A stretch of 64,000 nucleotides of DNA. Source: an uncultured Burkholderiales bacterium. GTDB taxonomy: Bacteria; Pseudomonadota; Gammaproteobacteria; Burkholderiales; Eutrophovitaceae. Below the pieces are notes generated by a model, which saw only the letters and a program-made list of their open reading frames with translations, made no database searches and was not told where the DNA came from. The stretch spans positions 178,910 through 242,909 of the forward strand of contig CAWUVH010000007.1 in NCBI GenBank assembly GCA_963925895.1, read 5' to 3'. Below, piece after piece: positions 1 through 8,529 of this stretch; position 1 is the stretch's first letter; every line of letters starts with the position of its first letter. Both the position numbers and the translations under genes were made by a program.

Positions 1-45
1 TTAGAGCAACCAATGAGAGAAAAAATGATAGAGATTAGGGATAAG

Positions 46-1293
46 CTAGTCGTTACTCGTTGCGTAAATGTGGCCATGTCGACGATTATGAAGGTGTAGG
101 AGTGATAAGGAAATTAGTTTCAAAATTATTGGTATTGAAAGATAAATTATTGCTAGAGATTCGTGCTTAGGCGTGAGTCCGGGTTGGTAGCCCCAGAAGC
201 TTAAGAGTGGTAGTGCTAGTCCAGCGGCGATCGCTAGTCCTAATTTCATGAGCAAACCCCATGCGCCAAAAATTGTTGCCGAGTGCTTTTCTTGATTGAT
301 GAATTTAATTTTCTTGATCAATAGCATCGAGGTTAGTAATAATTCTGCCCCCACGAAAAATCCTGTGCCGATACATATTAAGGTAAATAACTCGGGGTTA
401 GTGTCATTGATTGCGAAGCCGGGGATGAATATGATGACAGTCATGCAAAGGATTATTTTATATAAGCTAATAGTGTTGTACGTTGCGATTGTTCTCTGCC
501 AGAACCATATTCCTAGTAGTGCAGAAGTAAAATAAATACCTAATAGTCCTCCTCCATGTGCTTTCGAGAGCCCTAAGTAATCCGTTACGTAAAACATGAA
601 TAGTGTTGCTGCAGTGGCATTGGCTAACGCGCTAATGAAAAGAGGTGTCATCAACTGTGTCATCAACCTAAAACTCTGCCAGTCAAAAGCTGTGTAAGTA
701 AGTGAGCTGTTATGCAATCGGGGTAGACTGAGAAGGCACAGGCTTGTCATGACTGTTATGCAAATTAGGTAGATGGAAAAGATATTCGTGTGGGTCATGG
801 TTGATAATGTGGATGCAATAATGACTCCCAGGAGCGTGAATTGTTCCCGTCGACTTACTAATGCGGACTGTTCCCCTGTGTTGTTTGTCCATTGAATTGG
901 CCATGCCTGTATCGCTATGCTGAGTGCGCCTGCGCTGGCCGATACAAGTAGCGTGAATAGCCCCATGTAGGTCAGAACCTGGAGATTGCTGCTCAGGGCG
1001 CTGGGGGGGTTAATTAAGGCGATGTAGCTCGCTGCCATCAATGCCGCCGATGGGAGGCACCAGAACTGAAATTTATGCCGACTGGGTGTTTTATCAATGA
1101 GTTTGCCTACTAATGGATCTGTGACTGCATCAAGCAGTCGGACTAACATCAATATAACGCCAATCGTCGCTAAGGAAAGTTCGTACGTGTTGGCGTAAAC
1201 GTTAGGAACGAGGATGTATAAGGGAAGACTCGTTGCTGAAACAACCAGGCCGGATAATCCGTATCGTAATGACTGAGTGCGAGTGATTGGCAA
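46..1293 (-). CDS. MFS-type transporter (about 12 TM, GPH/MelB-like), last gene of the lipid-modification operon
   Basis: 415-aa highly hydrophobic ORF. It lies 25 nt downstream of the cfa-like gene on the same strand. Confidence 0.7.
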   Translation of the reverse strand: MPITRTQSLRYGLSGLVVSATSLPLYILVPNVYANTYELSLATIGVILMLVRLLDAVTDPLVGKLIDKTPSRHKFQFWCLPSAALMAASYIALINPPSALSSNLQVLTYMGLFTLLVSASAGALSIAIQAWPIQWTNNTGEQSALVSRREQFTLLGVIIASTLSTMTHTNIFSIYLICITVMTSLCLLSLPRLHNSSLTYTAFDWQSFRLMTQLMTPLFISALANATAATLFMFYVTDYLGLSKAHGGGLLGIYFTSALLGIWFWQRTIATYNTISLYKIILCMTVIIFIPGFAINDTNPELFTLICIGTGFFVGAELLLTSMLLIKKIKFINQEKHSATIFGAWGLLMKLGLAIAAGLALPLLSFWGYQPGLTPKHESLAIIYLSIPIILKLISLSLLHLHNRRHGHIYATSND

Positions 1294-1318
1294 GGTTAAG
1301 TTCGTAGTTCGATTCTTA

Positions 1319-2557
1319 TTAGGTGGGAGCTTTCTGTGGGTAATGGCACAAGGTGTACTGGACGACGTTAATGTCTCCGTTTAAAAAGCCTGATCTGCAA
1401 TAGGATAGGTAGAACTCCCACATTTTTTTGAATTGCATGGGGAATCCAAGCGCCTCAATTTTGATCCATTGTGTTTGAAATCGTTTAAACCACTCTAATA
1501 ATGTCCAGGCATAATCATCTCCAAAATCATGACGGTCTAGAATATTAAATTTGTACTTCGCGGCCAAATTCTTGAATTGTGACTGACTCATAAGTATGCC
1601 GCCGGGGAAGATGTATTTCTGAATAAAATCAACCCCTGTTTGATATTCATCAGCTAGCGAATCGTTGATGGTGATCGCCTGAATGACCGCTCGTCCATTT
1701 GGTTTCAATGACTTTTTGATTATCTCAAAGAATGCTTCCCAGTAGGCTTTACCTACGGCTTCAATCATTTCGATTGATACAATGGCGTCAAACTGTTCGT
1801 CAACATCTCGGTAGTCTTGCAACAAGATCGAACTTCTTTTGTTAAGCCCGACGTTTTTCAATGTATTTATCGCCCAATCTTTTTGCTGTTGAGATAGCGT
1901 AATGCCGACGTGTTTCCCTGGCATTTTTTCAAGGCGTATTTTCGATAACTCTCCCCAGCCGCAACCAATTTCCAGTGTGGTGGAATCTTCATTGAGCCGA
2001 CCAAGTTTTGAGACGGCACGTGAGATTTTGAATTGTTGTGCCTCTTCAAGGTTAGAGGCTATTTTCCCTTCTTCGCTGTGGCGAATCGCGCTTGAGTAGG
2101 TCATCGATTGATCCAGCCATAGTTGATAGAAATTATTACCAAGATCATAGTGTGCTTGGATGTTATTTCTGGCTTGTTGTTTGGTATTTTTGTTAAGTAG
2201 ATGTCGAAGGCGATTTAAAACGTTTGCTAATTTTCGACCTCTTATGGGTGAGTCCAGCACTCGTCTGTTTTGACCAATGATCCATAACAGTTGATTGAGG
2301 TCTGGGGTGTCCCAATAACCCTCCATGTATGTTTCACCAAATGCAATGTCTCCGCGAAGAATAATACTGCGACACACTGCCCAGTCTTTGATAATAAGGA
2401 TTGCTGGCTTAACTTCATTTGTGGCGGTAGGCTTTGGAGGGTGTCCGAAGCTGCGGATGAAACCATTTGGGCCTTGTACTTCGAGAGTGCCAAATTCTAA
2501 TTGATCAAGAAACTTGAATACAAGTCTGACCCAGAGGTTTAGGGAGGGTGTGGTCAT
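1319..2557 (-). CDS. cfa: Cyclopropane-fatty-acyl-phospholipid synthase family SAM-dependent methyltransferase
   Basis: Length is 412 aa. SAM-binding motif LEIGCGWG is present and the C-terminal CFA-synthase-like region (YLSYCRSGF) is recognisable. It has a 4-nt ATGA overlap with the upstream DUF1365 gene. Confidence 0.85.
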   Translation of the reverse strand: MTTPSLNLWVRLVFKFLDQLEFGTLEVQGPNGFIRSFGHPPKPTATNEVKPAILIIKDWAVCRSIILRGDIAFGETYMEGYWDTPDLNQLLWIIGQNRRVLDSPIRGRKLANVLNRLRHLLNKNTKQQARNNIQAHYDLGNNFYQLWLDQSMTYSSAIRHSEEGKIASNLEEAQQFKISRAVSKLGRLNEDSTTLEIGCGWGELSKIRLEKMPGKHVGITLSQQQKDWAINTLKNVGLNKRSSILLQDYRDVDEQFDAIVSIEMIEAVGKAYWEAFFEIIKKSLKPNGRAVIQAITINDSLADEYQTGVDFIQKYIFPGGILMSQSQFKNLAAKYKFNILDRHDFGDDYAWTLLEWFKRFQTQWIKIEALGFPMQFKKMWEFYLSYCRSGFLNGDINVVQYTLCHYPQKAPT

Positions 2558-3330
2558 TTATTTCTTTCAGAAAGTGTCAATGGAATTTTTTTTGCCCACA
2601 GCATTAAGGCATTGAAGTGAATTTGAGTGATGATTCTAAGGCTTATGAAGGGGTACTTGAATAGCGCCCCCAATGCAGATCGCGTGGTTAATGGTGCTGC
2701 CACACCAGTCATCAATGTTTTGAGTACTAATTGATCTTTAAAGTAATCTATGCGCGCAAAGTCACGCTTGGTTTTTTTGTCGTAATTGAATTGAAATTGG
2801 TAATGACCTGTAACTGATAGGAAGGGGGATACGTAAAAACATTTAGGTGTTGAAATGACATCGCCTATCTTAAAAAAAGCATGACCAAATGGTGGTTTTA
2901 AAACGTAGGTGTGATGTTCCCCAAAAGTGTTATGTACTTCTGCAAGAACTGCAACAAGTTCGCCCAACTTGTTTTCGCAAAACCAAAAGCTTACAGGCTT
3001 GAATTGATATCCGAGCACTCTTGGAAAACATACAAGCCAGATTTCCCCATCAATAACATTCTCTAATTTATGTTCGATGAATATGTTTTTTAACCATCTT
3101 TTAATATTGCCACCAGACCCATGGTCTTCATCATTTAGAGAGATTAGACTTCTTCGATTAATGCCAACAATCCAGTTACCCCACTGGGGTTTATCGTTTG
3201 GTGTTGCGTAGAAAATAGACCGAATAGGCACGCGCAAATAAAATGTGCGAGATCTTAGGGCGTGCGTCCTAGGGCTAAGTCTCTCATGGGTGACATATCC
3301 TTGAACGATTTGGGGGTGGTTCTTCATCAT
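2554..3330 (-). CDS. DUF1365 family protein
   Basis: 258 aa with N-terminus GYVTHERLSPRTHALR typical of DUF1365. It sits between the FAD oxidoreductase and the cfa-like gene, which is the usual conserved arrangement. Confidence 0.75.
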   Translation of the reverse strand: MMKNHPQIVQGYVTHERLSPRTHALRSRTFYLRVPIRSIFYATPNDKPQWGNWIVGINRRSLISLNDEDHGSGGNIKRWLKNIFIEHKLENVIDGEIWLVCFPRVLGYQFKPVSFWFCENKLGELVAVLAEVHNTFGEHHTYVLKPPFGHAFFKIGDVISTPKCFYVSPFLSVTGHYQFQFNYDKKTKRDFARIDYFKDQLVLKTLMTGVAAPLTTRSALGALFKYPFISLRIITQIHFNALMLWAKKIPLTLSERNK

Positions 3331-4623
3331 CTAAATTGTATCAATGATCTTATTGGCCGCCCATAGTCCAGATTGATAGCCGCTCTCATGAAATCCGTTG
3401 CCCATCCACGCACCAGCTAGCCATATGTGGTTCCCCCCCTGCAAGTTTTGAATGTTTTGGACGGCTTTTTCCCGCTCAAGGTCCATGACAGGGTGTGTGT
3501 AGTCAATAGACTTGTAAATTTTACGAGGATCCGGTTTTTTTATGGGATTGAGGGTGACAAATAAGTTTCTTTGGGTCGGTAAATGCTGGAGCTTATTCAT
3601 AAAATAAGTCACGGCTACGCCAGAATTTTCTTCCGTAGAAGTATGAGAAAGATAATTCCAAGACGCCCACGCGCGAGTTTCTTCAGGCATAAGCGCTTTA
3701 TCCTCATGGATGATCGCGATGTTTTGTTGGAACTTTATACGTGATAGCTCCTGTGAGAGTGGGGTTGGGAGGTCTTTTAGAATATGAGCTGATTCATCCG
3801 CGTGTGAGGCAAGAATAACGTCATCGCAGGCAATTCGATGCTGAATTTTATTGCGGTCTTCGGTAATTACTTCCAGCCCAATGGACGTTTCTATAATCGA
3901 TTTCGCTGTTTTCTCAGTTTTAAACGATACATCATGCTTCTTAATCGCAGTTAGCATTGCCTCAACATATCGGCGACTACCCCCTTTGACGCTAAACCAT
4001 TGAGGACGGTTTAGTATCGATAGAAGGCCGTGGTTTTCGCAAAAAGAGATGAAAAATTTGAGTGGGAAATTACGTATCTCTTTAATCGGGCACGACCAGA
4101 TTGCTCCTGCCATGGGTAGTAAATAGCGGGTTTGAAAATAAGAATCATAGCCATGCTGGTCAAGATAATGTCCGAGTGTGATTAGATTGCCTGGATTGGT
4201 GTTGCTTGCTGCGATGTATTTGGGCGCGTTGCGATTGAATCGAATGATGTCGCGGAGCATTTTTAGAAATTTTATGTCGTAGACCCTTCTCCCTTGGGCA
4301 AAGATGGATCTTAGATTCGTTCCTGCCCACTCAAATTTACCATCATCCAGTGATACTGAAAATGACATATCAGCCGGATGCGTTTTTACATCGAGTTCCG
4401 TGAACCATTCGAGTAACCCCGGATAGGTTCTATTGTTAAATACAATGAATCCGGAATCCAGTTGTAATGACTTCTCATCAATGGTCAGTGTGTGCGTGTG
4501 TGTGTGCCCGCCGAGGTAATCTGCTTTTTCTAAAACAGTCACCTTAGCGTGATCTTTGAGGTGCCAGCTTGCGGATAAGCCGGAAATGCCTGAACCTATG
4601 ATGACAACATGGCGTTTATTCAT
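3331..4623 (-). CDS. NAD(P)/FAD-dependent oxidoreductase (amine-oxidase / desaturase-like)
   Basis: N-terminal dinucleotide fold VVIIGSGISGLSA. Length is 430 aa. It abuts the DUF1365 gene with no gap. Confidence 0.8.
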   Translation of the reverse strand: MNKRHVVIIGSGISGLSASWHLKDHAKVTVLEKADYLGGHTHTHTLTIDEKSLQLDSGFIVFNNRTYPGLLEWFTELDVKTHPADMSFSVSLDDGKFEWAGTNLRSIFAQGRRVYDIKFLKMLRDIIRFNRNAPKYIAASNTNPGNLITLGHYLDQHGYDSYFQTRYLLPMAGAIWSCPIKEIRNFPLKFFISFCENHGLLSILNRPQWFSVKGGSRRYVEAMLTAIKKHDVSFKTEKTAKSIIETSIGLEVITEDRNKIQHRIACDDVILASHADESAHILKDLPTPLSQELSRIKFQQNIAIIHEDKALMPEETRAWASWNYLSHTSTEENSGVAVTYFMNKLQHLPTQRNLFVTLNPIKKPDPRKIYKSIDYTHPVMDLEREKAVQNIQNLQGGNHIWLAGAWMGNGFHESGYQSGLWAANKIIDTI

Positions 4624-4844
4624 AATTCAACCTGCATGCAGTGTTAATATTTTTGAGATACATGTGATTTGCGGTGATATTGATTTCGACCGTCAGGCGA
4701 GAACTTAGTTTAGTGAGTCAGTAATATTTAGGTGACATCTTAGTTAATTTTGCATATCACAGTATTTTCAACGTCACTTCGCGTTACATCACGGTGCGAG
4801 CGGTTTATGATGTACTTTTTATTTACGAAGCAGGGGGAGTTGCC

Positions 4845-5471
4845 ATGACAGATTCTCATCACCATGATCATGCGCACAGTGATGCATCAACACTCACTGA
4901 TACTCAAAAGCGGGTCAAGGCACTCGAGTCTATTTTGGTTGATAAGGGATTAGTTGATCGTAAAGTCATCGATCAAATTATTGAGCACTTTGAAAATAAA
5001 GTGGGACCTCATATTGGTGCGCGAGTCGTCGCTCGGGCTTGGGTGAGCTCGACGTTTAAGCAATCTTTGATAGAGGATGCTACGAAGGCAATTAACGGTG
5101 AAGCAGACTTTGCGGAGGTGGGCCAACATTTGATTGCGGTCGAAAATAACGATGAAATTCACAATGTGGTTGTCTGCACCTTATGTTCTTGCTATCCGTG
5201 GGACGTGCTGGGGCTGCCGCCTGTTTGGTATAAATCTGCGCCATATCGGTCTCGTGTCGTGAGTGAACCTCGTTCGGTCTTACAAGAGTTTGGTCTTGAA
5301 CTACCTAAAGACAGAAAAATTAGAATTTGGGACTCTACTGCTGAAACCCGGTATTTGGTCATTCCGCAAAGACCCACAAACACAGAGTCGATGTCTGAAG
5401 CCGAATTGGCGCGTCTTGTCACTCGGGACAGTATGATTGGCACCAGTGATGTTTTAACAACTACTGAGTAA
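4845..5471 (+). CDS. nthA: Nitrile hydratase alpha subunit, cobalt type
   Basis: Metal-site motif VCTLCSCYPW is present (Thr and Tyr indicate the Co type; the Fe type has CSLCSCT). I chose the ATG at 4845 because it follows an AGGGGGAG Shine-Dalgarno, rather than the GTG at 4794. The N-terminus is His-rich (MTDSHHHDHAH). Confidence 0.9.
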   Translation: MTDSHHHDHAHSDASTLTDTQKRVKALESILVDKGLVDRKVIDQIIEHFENKVGPHIGARVVARAWVSSTFKQSLIEDATKAINGEADFAEVGQHLIAVENNDEIHNVVVCTLCSCYPWDVLGLPPVWYKSAPYRSRVVSEPRSVLQEFGLELPKDRKIRIWDSTAETRYLVIPQRPTNTESMSEAELARLVTRDSMIGTSDVLTTTE

Positions 5472-5481
5472 TTGAAAGCGT

Positions 5482-6141
5482 ATGAATAGTATCCACGATT
5501 TGGGGGGCATGCAGGGGTTTGGCCCAGTAGGGCTCGAGGACAAGGAGCCCGCGTTTCATGTGAGCTGGGAAGGGCGAGTTCTTGGTCTTCAAAGGTCAAT
5601 TCTCGCTTTAGGGCTTTGGAACATTGATGTGTTTCGGCACGCGCAGGAAAAAATTCGACCGATTGATTATCTGTCTTGGTCCTACTACGAACGTTGGATG
5701 CATACGCTGACTGCTACGGCATTGGAGCGCGGTCTTTTTGATGAAGAGGAGCTGAGGACGGGTAAAGGTTTGAGTGATGGGTCATCAATAGCACAAAAAA
5801 AATTGACGATGAAAGATATTAATAAGGCTTTTTTAAGAGGAAATTTTGAGCGAGTGGGTGATTCTGAGCCCGAGTTCTCGATAGGGGATTTAGTGGTGAC
5901 CAAGCAAACTTATACTGCTGGGCACACGCGACTTCCGCGCTACGCCCGAGATAAGCTGGGCACTGTTATTGCGATTCGAGGTCGACATGTGTTTCCAGAT
6001 TCAGTTGTAGATCAAGGGTCCGAGGATCCTCAGTGGCTCTATACCGTGGAGTTCGAGGGCTGTGAACTTTGGGGTGAGGCAGTGGATCCAACAGTCAGTA
6101 ATTTAATTGATGCATTCGAACCTTACTTATCGAGGCCTTAA
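5482..6141 (+). CDS. nthB: Nitrile hydratase beta subunit
   Basis: 219 aa with N-terminus MNSIHDLGGMQGFGPV, typical of NHase beta. It starts 10 nt after nthA. Confidence 0.9.
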   Translation: MNSIHDLGGMQGFGPVGLEDKEPAFHVSWEGRVLGLQRSILALGLWNIDVFRHAQEKIRPIDYLSWSYYERWMHTLTATALERGLFDEEELRTGKGLSDGSSIAQKKLTMKDINKAFLRGNFERVGDSEPEFSIGDLVVTKQTYTAGHTRLPRYARDKLGTVIAIRGRHVFPDSVVDQGSEDPQWLYTVEFEGCELWGEAVDPTVSNLIDAFEPYLSRP

Positions 6142-6142
6142 T

Positions 6143-6517
6143 ATGAGTAATCCTTTTTCATGGGCTGATTTTTCCCAGGGGTCTCCGGATGCCGTTAAAG
6201 ATCCCGTATTTTCCGAACCTTGGGAGGCGGACACCTTTGCGATGCTGGTTGCGCTTGAGAAGCAAGGCTTATTCAGTTGGTCCGAATGGGGAGATGCCTT
6301 AGGAGCCGAGATCAAAGCTAAATCCTCGGTTAGTGATACGGGCGCTGATTATTACCATTACGTCCTCACTGCATTAGAGAACATCTTAGCTAAGAAGGAA
6401 GTCGTCCCTGACGGTTTACTCAAGCAGTATCAGGCAGGGTGGACTAAGGTCGCAGAGAGGACGCCACACGGCCAACCTTTAGAATTGACTGAATATGATC
6501 TCAATGGCCATAGATAA
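6143..6517 (+). CDS. Nitrile hydratase accessory (activator) protein
   Basis: About 124 aa with beta-subunit-like motif FSEPWEADTFAM. The ATG lies 1 nt after the nthB stop. The in-frame upstream extension in the ORF track overlaps nthB and was discarded. Confidence 0.75.
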   Translation: MSNPFSWADFSQGSPDAVKDPVFSEPWEADTFAMLVALEKQGLFSWSEWGDALGAEIKAKSSVSDTGADYYHYVLTALENILAKKEVVPDGLLKQYQAGWTKVAERTPHGQPLELTEYDLNGHR

Positions 6518-6551
6518 GTTTTTTTAACTATCTCCATATTAAATATATTAC

Positions 6552-7394
6552 ATGTTGAGCACCCGCGACCATAATCGTTTTCAAGAGGGGTACCAGTACG
6601 TGTATCCGGTGGTCTCCAGACGGGCTGGAGGAGTGTCTCTCGGCATCAACTTGAATACGAATAATGCCTGTAATTGGCGTTGCATCTACTGTCAGGTTCC
6701 AGATTTAGTGAGAGGGGCACCTCCAGCGGTTGATGTGGACGCACTTAAGCAAGAATTAAGTGTGTTTTTGAATCAAATCTTGATCGGATCCTATCTTCAA
6801 GACTGTGTGCCAGAGGAGCAACGTCGTTTAAACGACATTGCGTTCTCAGGGAACGGAGAGCCAACGTCAGCCCCTAATTTTGTTGAGGCTGTTGATGTGG
6901 TTAAGAGCGTTCGAGCTCAGCTGGGCGTTCCTGAGGCGGTTAAAACAGTGTTGATTACCAATGGTAGCTTGATCCACCGTAAAAACGTAATTCTTGGTAT
7001 TGAGAAGTTGGCTGATATCAATGGTGAAGTCTGGTTTAAGATCGATCGTGCGACTCCGGACGGTATCCGTTCGATTAACGATACGCGGGCTAACAAAAGT
7101 CGTATGGTGTCGAATCTTAATGCTGCATCAAGGGCTTGTCCGACATGGATACAGACGTGTTTATTTAAAGTGGATGGTATGAATCCGAGTGGCGCCGAGT
7201 TAGATGCCTACGTAGATCTTATTCAGGAGCTTCAAACTAGAGACATCCCGTTTAAGGGTATCTTACTTTATGGGCTTGCTCGGCAGTCTTTCCAGCCTGA
7301 AGCGGCTCGGTTAGCACCGGTTGAGAGTGCTTGGTTTGAAGGTTTCTCTGGACGGCTGCGTGAATTAGGTGTCACCGTTAAGTTGTCAATTTAA
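6552..7394 (+). CDS. Radical SAM protein (unassigned subfamily)
   Basis: CxxxCxxC cluster motif CNWRCIYCQ is present near the N-terminus, followed by a GNGEPT glycine-rich SAM motif. It starts 34 nt after the accessory gene and is followed by a terminator. Confidence 0.85.
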   Translation: MLSTRDHNRFQEGYQYVYPVVSRRAGGVSLGINLNTNNACNWRCIYCQVPDLVRGAPPAVDVDALKQELSVFLNQILIGSYLQDCVPEEQRRLNDIAFSGNGEPTSAPNFVEAVDVVKSVRAQLGVPEAVKTVLITNGSLIHRKNVILGIEKLADINGEVWFKIDRATPDGIRSINDTRANKSRMVSNLNAASRACPTWIQTCLFKVDGMNPSGAELDAYVDLIQELQTRDIPFKGILLYGLARQSFQPEAARLAPVESAWFEGFSGRLRELGVTVKLSI

Positions 7395-7397
7395 GTA

Positions 7398-7425
7398 AAA
7401 AAAGCCGTCATCAGACGGCTTTTTA
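7398..7425. terminator. Bidirectional rho-independent terminator between the radical-SAM gene and dksA
   Basis: Sequence is AAAAAAAGCCGTC-atca-GACGGCTTTTT. The stem is flanked by an A-run and a T-run. Confidence 0.8.
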
Positions 7426-7455
7426 ATAGACAGGCTTAGAGTGTATCGTTGATGC

Positions 7456-7878
7456 TTATTTTGCCATTTGTTTTTCTCGAATTTCGTCTAAAGTTTTGCA
7501 GTCAATGCATAGAGATGCCGTGGGCCTCGCTTCGAGCCGTTTAAGGCCGATTTCAATACCGCAGCTGTCACAGTAACCGTAGTCACCCGACTCAATACGA
7601 GTGATTGTTTCATTGATTTTTTTAATGAGTTTTCGCTCACGATCTCGGTTTCTGAGCTCGAGAGCCATATCCGACTCTTGACTGGCTCGATCGTTTGGGT
7701 CAGCAAATGCTGTTGCTTCGTCCTGCATCGTATGCACGGTCTTATCAATGTCCGCTCCGAGCTGACCTTTGAGTTCAAGCAAGATCTTCTTAAAGTGATT
7801 CTTCTGTTTGGTGCCCATGTACGCCTCACCTTTTTTGGGAGTGTAGGGCTTAAACGTTGTTTTTAATTGTGTGGTCAT
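7456..7878 (-). CDS. dksA: RNA polymerase-binding transcription factor DksA
   Basis: 140 aa with a coiled-coil region and the C4 zinc finger [25 protein letters not shown]. Confidence 0.92.
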   Translation of the reverse strand: MTTQLKTTFKPYTPKKGEAYMGTKQKNHFKKILLELKGQLGADIDKTVHTMQDEATAFADPNDRASQESDMALELRNRDRERKLIKKINETITRIESGDYGYCDSCGIEIGLKRLEARPTASLCIDCKTLDEIREKQMAK

Positions 7879-7974
7879 AATGCTTTTAATGATTTTTATG
7901 CGATCTGAAAAACACGTCTGTATAACAGGATTATCTTATTTTAGCAATTTTTAGGTTAAAATGTACGTGTTGGA

Positions 7975-8003
7975 TTGACCTTTTTGGCATGAGGCGATAT
8001 AGT
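7975..8003 (+). promoter_or_regulatory. Sigma70-type promoter of the tRNA operon
   Basis: TTGACC, a 17-nt spacer, then TATAGT, followed by the GC-rich discriminator ctcggccc. The -10 element ends 14 nt before the tRNA-Pro 5' end. Confidence 0.6.
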
Positions 8004-8017
8004 CTCGGCCCTTCGGT

Positions 8018-8094
8018 CGGGGTGTAGCGTAGCCTGGTAGCGCGCCTGCTTTGGGAGCAGGATGTCGGGAGTTCGAATCTCTCCACCCCGACCA
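8018..8094 (+). tRNA. tRNA-Pro (anticodon UGG)
   Basis: Cloverleaf read by hand. Acceptor is CGGGGTG/CACCCCG, anticodon arm is CCTGC-TTTGGGA-GCAGG, the T-loop is TTCGAAT, and CCA is encoded. Confidence 0.9.
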
Positions 8095-8141
8095 TTTATA
8101 GATGGCTGAAGCCTTCTGTAAATGGCAGAGGCCTTCGAGTC

Positions 8142-8218
8142 GCGCCCGTAGCTCAACCGGATAGAGCACCAGCCTTCTAAGCTGGGGGTTACAGGTTCGA
8201 TTCCTGTCGGGCGCACCA
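8142..8218 (+). tRNA. tRNA-Arg (anticodon UCU)
   Basis: Acceptor is GCGCCCG/CGGGCGC, anticodon arm is CCAGC-CTTCTAA-GCTGG, the T-loop is TTCGATT, and CCA is encoded. Confidence 0.9.
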
Positions 8219-8250
8219 CTAGCGCTTGGCCTGATGTTGTTGAAGTCTGT

Positions 8251-8327
8251 GGTGGGCGTAGCTCAGTTGGTAGAGCCCCGGATTGTGATTCCGGTGGTCG
8301 TGGGTTCGAGCCCCATCGTCCACCCCA
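8251..8327 (+). tRNA. tRNA-His (anticodon GUG)
   Basis: An extra 5' G(-1) is present. Anticodon arm is CCGGA-TTGTGAT-TCCGG, the T-loop is TTCGAGC, and CCA is encoded. Confidence 0.9.
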
Positions 8328-8529
8328 TTGACTTCATAGGCGTTCAAATATATCTAAGCGTTCCGGCGCTCATGGCTAATTGAGGTGCAATTGTCTCGTT
8401 GCTCTCTTCAAGTTTATAACTTGCTTGGCAATGGCTTCTGATTCGTGCGCACTAAAATTTCGTTTAAGGCTGAAGATGACATTCGCAGTTTGTGGTTTGC
8501 TCTATATTAGGGCAACGTGCTTGATTTGG

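Noticed and set aside
5192-5599. A 135-aa antisense ORF. Similar long antisense ORFs occur at 13203..13610, 25265..25732, 29940..30308, 43951..44307 and 44304..44642.
   Set aside because: Each is fully embedded opposite a confidently identified, motif-bearing gene (nthA/B, the helicase, uup, the SDR, the PQQ dehydrogenase). Each has Ser/Arg/Pro-rich low-complexity translations and no ribosome-binding site. These are shadow ORFs.
4845-7394. Possible NHLP-type RiPP cluster (a nitrile-hydratase-like leader peptide plus a radical-SAM maturase).
   Set aside because: The alpha subunit is full length with an intact CTLCSCY metal site, and it is accompanied by a genuine beta subunit and accessory protein. 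No Gly-Gly leader/core architecture, cyclodehydratase or transporter is present. This is a real nitrile hydratase, not a precursor peptide.
7951-8219. Two minus-strand ORFs of 72 and 87 aa in the ORF track.
   Set aside because: They lie entirely over the tRNA-Pro and tRNA-Arg genes and their promoter. They are artefacts of GC-rich structured RNA sequence.
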